Shown: one piece after another, positions 58,426-64,000 of the stretch
How positions within the stretch are numbered: position 1 is the first letter of the stretch
How the letters are laid out: every line of letters starts with the position of its first letter
Position numbers and translations under genes: made by a program
Notes under the pieces: model-generated
Database searches by the model: none
Told to the model about the DNA's origin: nothing
Seen by the model: the letters and a program-made list of their open reading frames with translations, nothing else
Virus record (IMG/VR): IMGVR_UViG_3300005527_000060
Direction: 5' to 3' (one strand)
Source of the DNA: a virus
Length of the DNA stretch: 64,000 nt

Positions 58426-59292
58426 CTATAGTTTAAGGTGTTTACCATCATAACCTACCTTAGCTTCTAGTTCAGCTCTCTTAGAGTTTCTATTAGCCTT
58501 CCAGGATTGATAGTTCTTATATTTATTTAACTCCTTAAGATACAATTTAGTTCTCTTAAGATAGTCCATATAATTAGAATCAGCCTTGACTAAATAGCCA
58601 ACATACTGTTCAACCTCATCTGGAACATAGTTTCTTATAAGCAGACCTTTATAGTCCACCTTACTAAACAGCTCTTCTAAGGTTGGCTCTCTATCTAGAT
58701 GAAATGTTTTAGCATCTAATAATAAGACATATAATAATTCTAAAAACATATTATAGTCTTTTCTTAATAGATTCTCATCTAGGCCAAAATCTTCTGGTTT
58801 AGGTTGTTCATTAAAAAAGTTAGGGTTCTTATTATATTCTAATAACCACCCTCTATGAGTGTTACACTTATTAATTTGGTCTTTAGCATACTGACCGTAA
58901 GACCATCTTGCTGTCTTACATAGAAAGGCATTTCTAAAATTAATTAGAGGATAAATAACTGGATCTAATACATCATATTCAGGGCTATAAAGTAAGTCTA
59001 AACAGTTTGGATTATTCTGTAATAGCAGTTCTATCATCTTTGTAAGTTCTAAGATCTTACTATCTTGGCCTGTTAAATAAGGATACATACAAGGCTCAGA
59101 ATCAGTAAATAATTGATTCTTTTCCTGTAAGTAGAAAGGTTCTGGGGTGATACCAATATAATATTGTTTAGGGGCAATACAAATGCCTCTTCTATCAACA
59201 TCAGAACCTTCTACACTTGTACCATATAAAGTAGAGCCAACTTTAGTTAGAAGAACAATACTCTGTTCTAACTCCAGTCTAGTATTAAACAT
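58426..59292 (-). CDS. Pol-beta-superfamily nucleotidyltransferase (GS-x10-DxD); possibly the 5' exon of a split gene
   Basis: N-terminal GSTLYGTSVEGSDVDRRGICIAP matches the minimal NTase signature G[SG]x9-13[DE]h[DE]h. 288 aa; TAG stop sits at the intron boundary. Confidence 0.5.
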   Translation of the reverse strand: MFNTRLELEQSIVLLTKVGSTLYGTSVEGSDVDRRGICIAPKQYYIGITPEPFYLQEKNQLFTDSEPCMYPYLTGQDSKILELTKMIELLLQNNPNCLDLLYSPEYDVLDPVIYPLINFRNAFLCKTARWSYGQYAKDQINKCNTHRGWLLEYNKNPNFFNEQPKPEDFGLDENLLRKDYNMFLELLYVLLLDAKTFHLDREPTLEELFSKVDYKGLLIRNYVPDEVEQYVGYLVKADSNYMDYLKRTKLYLKELNKYKNYQSWKANRNSKRAELEAKVGYDGKHLKL

Positions 59293-59295
59293 ATG

Positions 59296-59856
59296 TTATG
59301 GATAATTATAATTAGGAACACTTTCTAAAGAAGTATACTTCTTCTCATGCAATCTGTAAGCAAATATTTCATCATAACTACCATATTTTGTAATTGGATG
59401 AGTTGTTCCAAATTCTTGGTCACTATAACCAGAACCAACAACACCACCAGTGGAACGATTAGTCACAGAAAGAGATTTTAAAGACTCTTTTGAGAATGAA
59501 AAATCCTCTTTTTGTTGAAAATATTCATCTCTAAATCTGACACAGACAAGACCCCAATCATCTTCTTCAGTTGAAATAATTTGACTCAAGTCAGTCTCTC
59601 TCTTAGCTTTAAAAGTAAACTGGGAATGAGATTTTAAGCCTCTTTCAATCTCTCCACCACTAAAAGGGCTTAAGATTAGGCTGCTTACCCAAGCCTTTTT
59701 ATTACCAACCTTTCCATTCATATATAAGTCTAGCTGAACTCTTGTATATATATTGTTATATACTCTTACTTTAAATGTTTCATCATCCAGTAATTCTATT
59801 ACTCTATTAATAGGAGTAACTACTTTACCTTTACTATTTACAATTTCAAATCTCAT
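59296..59856 (-). CDS. hypothetical protein
   Basis: 186-aa ORF. Confidence 0.35.
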   Translation of the reverse strand: MRFEIVNSKGKVVTPINRVIELLDDETFKVRVYNNIYTRVQLDLYMNGKVGNKKAWVSSLILSPFSGGEIERGLKSHSQFTFKAKRETDLSQIISTEEDDWGLVCVRFRDEYFQQKEDFSFSKESLKSLSVTNRSTGGVVGSGYSDQEFGTTHPITKYGSYDEIFAYRLHEKKYTSLESVPNYNYP

Positions 59857-59897
59857 ATTAATCTCATTAATTTTATTATTTTTTTTTAATTACACAA

Positions 59898-60431
59898 TTA
59901 ATTTCTAGATAAAACATCTTGTTTATCAATCAAACGGAATAACTCTGAACTGTATTTAATTAGAGTATCATCCTCTAATAAATAATAAGTCTGCCAGTGT
60001 CTAATACAATATACTGTTGCAACATCAATAACTATATCAGGATAAGCTTTTTTGATTGAAGAGATAACATATTCTTCAATCTTTTTACCCTTAACAATGC
60101 TTTGTTCAAAGTCAGTATAAACAACTTCTTTGATAGTTGACATATATAAAGAGTTTGAATCAAACAAGCTTCTTTTAGTCTTAACAAGAACAGAATCACC
60201 AGCCTTAAACTCTTCCTCTTCAGGATATAAATTTATCTCTATTCCTTTAGTTAATTTTTTAGTTTGCACATCAAGTACTAAATCAACTAAGTATACTGGT
60301 TGATTATTAATGACATAGTCTTTACCATAAGCACGCTTAACATAATCAATTCTTTCATCCCAACAAGGAATAATTTCATCTGGATGCTCAGGATTAACTG
60401 CACCCTTAACTAAAATATATCTACCATTCAT
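59898..60431 (-). CDS. hypothetical protein
   Basis: 177-aa ORF; ATG embedded in ATGAATGGTAG overlapping upstream TAG stop. Confidence 0.35.
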   Translation of the reverse strand: MNGRYILVKGAVNPEHPDEIIPCWDERIDYVKRAYGKDYVINNQPVYLVDLVLDVQTKKLTKGIEINLYPEEEEFKAGDSVLVKTKRSLFDSNSLYMSTIKEVVYTDFEQSIVKGKKIEEYVISSIKKAYPDIVIDVATVYCIRHWQTYYLLEDDTLIKYSSELFRLIDKQDVLSRN

Positions 60432-60918
60432 AACTTTTTACTGTTTTATTTTTCTCTCTAAAGTGTCTAAGGAACTGCAATACATCTCGGTCTTTAAAAT
60501 CTAAATTGTATTCTAGCTGTTTTAAGTTTATTTTATTTTTATTACTAACTAATATATCTATTTCTTTATAAAACAGATTTAACATATCATCTACATCTTC
60601 TTTAGAAATGACAGAATCCATAGATAGAGCATATCTTTTATATCCAGAATTTACATATATTGCAAATAATTCAAAGGGTTTTAAATTATCAACAGTAAAA
60701 CATACTATCTTATTAACACTGTTATTATAACTATTTCTACCACCAACACCAAACTTAAATCCACCTGGCCCATAAGATATAAACTCTATTGCAAAGTTAT
60801 AATTACAAAGACAAACAGTACTTGCAGTTTCTAAGACATGTATATTAAAATAACCTTGCCACAGATGATCAATAATTCTAACTACTCTTCTTGGAAGTAT
60901 TTCTTCATTAACCCACAT
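60421..60918 (-). CDS. hypothetical protein
   Basis: 165-aa ORF, TAG stop. Confidence 0.35.
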   Translation of the reverse strand: MWVNEEILPRRVVRIIDHLWQGYFNIHVLETASTVCLCNYNFAIEFISYGPGGFKFGVGGRNSYNNSVNKIVCFTVDNLKPFELFAIYVNSGYKRYALSMDSVISKEDVDDMLNLFYKEIDILVSNKNKINLKQLEYNLDFKDRDVLQFLRHFREKNKTVKSYEW

Positions 60919-60931
60919 AATATATTTATAG

Positions 60932-60949
60932 TATATATATATATATATA
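60932..60949. repeat. (TA)9 microsatellite
   Basis: tatatatatatatatata seen directly; flanks the non-coding island. Confidence 0.9.
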
Positions 60950-60991
60950 AATTAAAAGCTGTTGTTATTTATTTAACAACAGCTTTTAATT
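60950..60991. promoter_or_regulatory. perfect 18-bp inverted repeat (hairpin, 6-nt loop)
   Basis: aattaaaagctgttgtta-tttatt-taacaacagcttttaatt; arms exactly complementary. Confidence 0.7.
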
Positions 60992-60999
60992 ATAAATAA

Positions 61000-61355
61000 A
61001 ATGTTCATATAGCAGCCAGAGGATAACTTAGGGTTGCTTTAAAGACACCACTAACCTTGATTCTGGATTTCAAATAGCTTTAAGATTTAAACTTATAAAC
61101 TTTGAGTGTATATACTGCCTGAGTAATACTTGTTTGAATTTTGAACTTATGAGCTTATAAACTTTAACCTTTAAACTTTGAGTTGGGTAATTGATCCTCA
61201 CCTATGTCGGCAAGCTCCAATCAAGTTGGTTGTATAATCCTACAATTTATAATAGCCCTGAGACAGCAGGGCCAACTGCTTCAAAATAATAAGTTTCACT
61301 ATATGAACAGATCTGGACATTTAGACAATTAGGTATTTAATATTCCTAATTCTAA
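61000..61355. other. ~360-nt non-coding island: candidate ncRNA gene or replication/regulatory region
   Basis: No ORF on either strand. Contains three copies of (c)TTA(T/A)AAACTTT(G/A)A(G/C) at 61092-61106, 61153-61168 and 61169-61184. GC-richer stretch CCTGAGACAGCAGGGCCAACTGCTTC. Bounded by (TA)n tracts on both sides. Confidence 0.35.
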
Positions 61356-61362
61356 TTTAACT

Positions 61363-61386
61363 TATATATATATATATATATATATA
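61363..61386. repeat. (TA)12 microsatellite
   Basis: tatatatatatatatatatatata directly abutting the TAA stop of the 61387 gene. Confidence 0.9.
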
Positions 61387-62049
61387 TTATACCACTTCTA
61401 ATAAAGTAGTTGCATTAAACTTAGATAAAGCTCTATCAATTTCACTTTCAAAAGTATCAATATACTCTTCATATTTAGCTATTTCTTTAGTTAAACCTAA
61501 AGGATCAAGTCTAAGAGGCTGATTAGCAGGACTAAATTCTCTTGTGCATTTATCAACAAAAGCTTCATCTCTTTTTGCACCTTGAGCGGCTACTGAATTT
61601 GCAATATGTCTTTCTAATTTATCTGCATATTCTACCTTTTTCAATTCAAGAGCTTTCTCAGTTTGATGATTAGCTTCTTTCATCTTATGAAGTAAATTCT
61701 TTTCTAATACTAAACTCTTCTTTCTCTCAATTAATTCAGCAGGTGTATATTCTTTACCAAGAATAGTAACAGTATTAATTAATACTGTACCTGGAGGAAT
61801 GCCAGCATTAACTTTAATAATTGCAGCCTTAATAGCATGTCTTGTCTCAATTAAAGCAGTTAAACTTTGATAGCCGCCTTTAATATCCTTTTCAGCTTGT
61901 TTAATCTCAGCTTCTAGCTTTGGAGAAACAACTTTTTCATATGTAATAACATCAAAGATTGCAATTTTAATAGCTGCTAAAATTCTTTTTTCAAGTAAAG
62001 TTACTTGAGCTAAACCATCTGTAACAGTATAATTTGTTGGGGTTGTCAT
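61387..62049 (-). CDS. hypothetical protein (coiled-coil rich)
   Basis: 220-aa ORF immediately downstream of prfB. Confidence 0.4.
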   Translation of the reverse strand: MTTPTNYTVTDGLAQVTLLEKRILAAIKIAIFDVITYEKVVSPKLEAEIKQAEKDIKGGYQSLTALIETRHAIKAAIIKVNAGIPPGTVLINTVTILGKEYTPAELIERKKSLVLEKNLLHKMKEANHQTEKALELKKVEYADKLERHIANSVAAQGAKRDEAFVDKCTREFSPANQPLRLDPLGLTKEIAKYEEYIDTFESEIDRALSKFNATTLLEVV

Positions 62050-62054
62050 TTTAT

Positions 62055-63111
62055 TTATTTTGAGTTTTGAGTTTTGATTTTTAAGTTTTCTAATATGAAT
62101 TCTGTTAGATATTTACCTTCCAGAAATCCATATACATCTGACGTTTGACATTCTGTTCTATCATCCTTTACAAGGGTATATGGATGAATAGAATATGTTC
62201 TTATTCTACTTCCAAATCCAGTGTCTAATACACCTTCTTTAGTACTTTGCAGCTCTGTAAATTCATCATTATCTTTTATTAGTTGTAGTCTAGAAGTTAA
62301 TAGTTTTAAGGCTCTTTGCTTATTCTCATGCTGAGATCTAGTCTCTTGACATTTAACTGCAATACCAGTTGGTATGTGAGTTATTCTAATAGCAGTTTCA
62401 ACCTTATTAACATTTTGTCCTCCTTTTCCACCACTTCTAAAAGTATCTATTATTAGATCTTTAGGGTTAATTGTTAATTGAGAATTAACAATTATAGGTT
62501 CAACTTCAACACCACAAAAAGAGGTATGTCTTTTATCCTTTCCACCATAAGGTGAGACTCTTTGCAGTCTGTGATTTCCTCTTTCATTCTTTAAATAACC
62601 ATAAGAATAATCTCCTTCAATAAGTACACAGGCTGATTTAATACCTGTTACATCTCCTTCTTGAATATCAATTAAACTATACTTATAGTTATTATCTTTT
62701 AACCAATTATAATACATTTGAAGTATTTGTTTGGCCCAATCACAAGCTTCAGTTCCACCAGCTCCTGCTATAACATATAACATACAATTATTAATATCAT
62801 ACTTAGCTGTGAATAGATTATTAATCTGCCAAGTATGTAAAAACAAATCTAATTTAGATGTAATATTTAACACATCTTGTTCTAGTTCTAGTTCTAGTTC
62901 TTCTGCAACTTCTAAATCTTCTATTAATTTAAAATTAGCTTTTATAGTATCAATTAAACTTGTTTTGTTACTTAGAATTTGAAGTAAGTCTAGATTAGAC
63001 CAATCATAATTTAATTCTAAATTAATATTAATTACATCTTCTTCTAATTGTCTAAAGACTTTGTAGAAGAGGTTGAATTTTATTATAATATGTAGAAGTA
63101 ATTGTTTTCAT
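62055..63111 (-). CDS. prfB: peptide chain release factor 2 homolog with programmed +1 frameshift (join 63111..63055, 63053..62055)
   Basis: Body: RF2-type tripeptide region RVSPYGGKDKRHTSF, GGQ motif RSGGKGGQNVN, CMLYVIAGAGGTEACDWA (cf. E. coli CYLDIQAGSGGTEAQDWA). Frame 0 from ATG 63111: MKTITSTYYNKIQPLLQSL then TAG. The +1 frame is open from 63053 for 333 codons into the track ORF. Confidence 0.8.
63051..63057 (-). promoter_or_regulatory. prfB +1 frameshift site CUU UAG A
   Basis: Same slippery CUU-U as the E. coli site CUU UGA C, but the zero-frame stop is UAG. Confidence 0.7.
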
Positions 63112-63125
63112 GATTTTATTGTTAT

Positions 63126-63389
63126 TTAAATAGTGTTTTTGCAATTAGTTACAAACTTAATTAAGTCCTCTGTAGGAATAGAAAAGTTTAAAGAATTCCA
63201 ATAAATAGTATCACCCAAGCTACTTAGTCCAACCTTGTCTAGATCAGAATGAGAAGCATGTTTCAAAGCAGGAACTATCTCAGGAGAGAATGTAATCTTA
63301 GTAGTATTACTAAGAACTAAAGTTAATAGAAAAGCAAATTTATCATATTCAATATTTACTACTCTTGGGCCAGCCAAAATATCTGTCAT
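63126..63389 (-). CDS. hypothetical small protein, tandem paralog A
   Basis: 87 aa; C-terminus ..LGDTIYWNSLNFSIPTEDLIKFVT similar to the next gene. Confidence 0.35.
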   Translation of the reverse strand: MTDILAGPRVVNIEYDKFAFLLTLVLSNTTKITFSPEIVPALKHASHSDLDKVGLSSLGDTIYWNSLNFSIPTEDLIKFVTNCKNTI

Positions 63390-63390
63390 A

Positions 63391-63729
63391 TTAATTATTA
63401 TTACTAGTTACACGTTTAATTAAATCTTCTGTATGAATATCAAAGTCTAAAGATTCCCAATGAATAGAATCTCCAGAATGACTAATCCACTGATCTTTTA
63501 AACTAATTTCATTAGCATCTTTAAGTTCTTTTACCAAATGAACTGGAAAACTAACTAAGGCACCATTAATTAAAGATAAATTAACAACAATGCTTTGCTC
63601 ATCTGTTTTAGTACAATAAACAGATTTTACTCTGGCAGTATTTAAAAGACTCTTTTTTGTAGCTTCTTTTGCATTAGTTATTTGAGTTTCCAATTCCTCA
63701 TCAGTAATGCTCCAATTTTTAGCAGTCAT
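63391..63729 (-). CDS. hypothetical small protein, tandem paralog B
   Basis: 112 aa; C-terminus ..SGDSIHWESLDFDIHTEDLIKRVT. Confidence 0.35.
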   Translation of the reverse strand: MTAKNWSITDEELETQITNAKEATKKSLLNTARVKSVYCTKTDEQSIVVNLSLINGALVSFPVHLVKELKDANEISLKDQWISHSGDSIHWESLDFDIHTEDLIKRVTSNNN

Positions 63730-63785
63730 ATTATTGTTATTGATTTGCTTTATTAATTACATAAAATAATACTCTTAGTAGAGTA

Positions 63786-63859
63786 ATCCTACATACCAGA
63801 TTTGAACTGGTGATACCCAACGTGAAAGGTTGGTGGCATAGACCGCTTGCCCAATGTAG
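63786..63859 (-). tRNA. tRNA-Glu (anticodon UUC)
   Basis: Minus-strand cloverleaf: acceptor CCTACAT/ATGTAGG, D arm GGCA-AGCGGTCTA-TGCC, anticodon arm CCAAC-CTTTCAC-GTTGG (anticodon TTC), T arm ACCAG-TTCAAAT-CTGGT. No encoded CCA. Confidence 0.65.
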
Positions 63860-63933
63860 GTTATTTATAGAGAACAAGATGATTTTGTTTTTTTTTAGCA
63901 TAAAAAAGTATTAATTGCTGAATCATCTTTATA

Positions 63934-64000
63934 TAGTCCTAGAAAGATTTGAACTTTCACTGAATAGATTCTAAGTCTACCGCCTCTTCCAATTGGGCTA
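63934..64000 (-). tRNA. tRNA, 5' end beyond the window; anticodon loop CTTAGAA (anticodon UAG)
   Basis: Minus strand: U8-A9, D arm GCCC-AATTGGAAG-AGGC, anticodon arm GTAGA-CTTAGAA-TCTAT, 5-nt variable loop, T arm GAAAG-TTCAAAT-CTTTC, acceptor 3' strand TAGGACT + A. Anticodon UAG would be Leu(CUN), but the short variable arm is atypical for bacterial tRNA-Leu. Confidence 0.45.

Noticed and set aside
60950-60991. 18-bp hairpin as a rho-independent terminator
   Set aside because: The stem is AT-rich and not followed by a T tract on either strand. An origin or regulatory palindrome, or an RNA structure, is more likely.
61000-61355. tRNA or tmRNA gene in the non-coding island
   Set aside because: No cloverleaf with a canonical T-loop (GTTCRANYC) or tRNA-like acceptor/T-arm domain could be folded by eye. 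Left as candidate ncRNA or ori.
60932-61386. (TA)n tracts as a CRISPR array
   Set aside because: Simple dinucleotide microsatellites; no repeat-spacer organisation and no cas genes.
62055-62873. RF2 ORF as supplied (272 aa) being a naturally N-truncated release factor
   Set aside because: The upstream zero-frame ATG plus 19 codons with RF2 N-terminal similarity and the CUU-U slippery site explain the missing domain by the known +1 frameshift mechanism.
1-64000. Genome-wide reassignment of TAG (amber) to an amino acid, as in some recoded phages
   Set aside because: About 12 well-delimited genes end in TAG with no sensible extension. All long conserved genes (RNR, polA, helicases, structural genes) are intact under the standard code. 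Only two small unexplained ORFs carry internal TAGs.
63934-64000. Edge tRNA as an amber suppressor
   Set aside because: The anticodon loop reads CTTAGAA (anticodon UAG, complementary to CUA), not CUA. It cannot decode UAG.

Overview
AT-rich, gene-dense window that most likely comes from a large tailed dsDNA bacteriophage (jumbo-phage-like), or a similarly organised virus of an AT-rich bacterial host. Most genes are on the minus strand.

Replication and nucleotide-metabolism block:
- class II-like ribonucleotide reductase carrying an intein;
- RuvC-like resolvase;
- DnaG-like primase;
- Dda-like SF1 helicase and an SF2 helicase;
- clamp loader, UDG-like protein and a putative sliding clamp;
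- a family A DNA polymerase split by a group I intron;
- UvsX/RecA-like recombinase.

Interspersed plus-strand blocks encode repeat-rich fibre or structural-like proteins. The window also holds a tail-collar fibre, a MoxR-AAA / DUF2201-VWA pair and an SPFH protein.

The right half (47-64 kb) gathers translation and tRNA-maintenance genes: Thg1-like protein, peptidyl-tRNA hydrolase, a Pol-beta-type nucleotidyltransferase, a NADAR protein, a release-factor-2 gene with a programmed +1 frameshift, tRNA-Glu and a second, edge-truncated tRNA.

Selfish-element load is very high:
- one LAGLIDADG intein in the RNR;
- at least five group I introns, three of them with identical P/Q/R/S core elements;
- six homing-endonuclease ORFs: three LAGLIDADG, one HNH-AP2, one frameshifted Vsr-like and one free-standing GIY-YIG.

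The most unusual observations:
- the prfB homolog keeps the classical CUU-U slippery frameshift site, but its in-frame stop is UAG rather than UGA, and its tripeptide is SPY rather than SPF;
- a Thg1-like protein, Pth and a nucleotidyltransferase are clustered;
- two otherwise unexplained gaps contain ORFs carrying in-frame TAG codons.

TAG is nevertheless a normal stop in at least 12 genes, so global amber recoding is rejected. Coordinates of splice sites and RNA ends are approximate (plus or minus a few nt).
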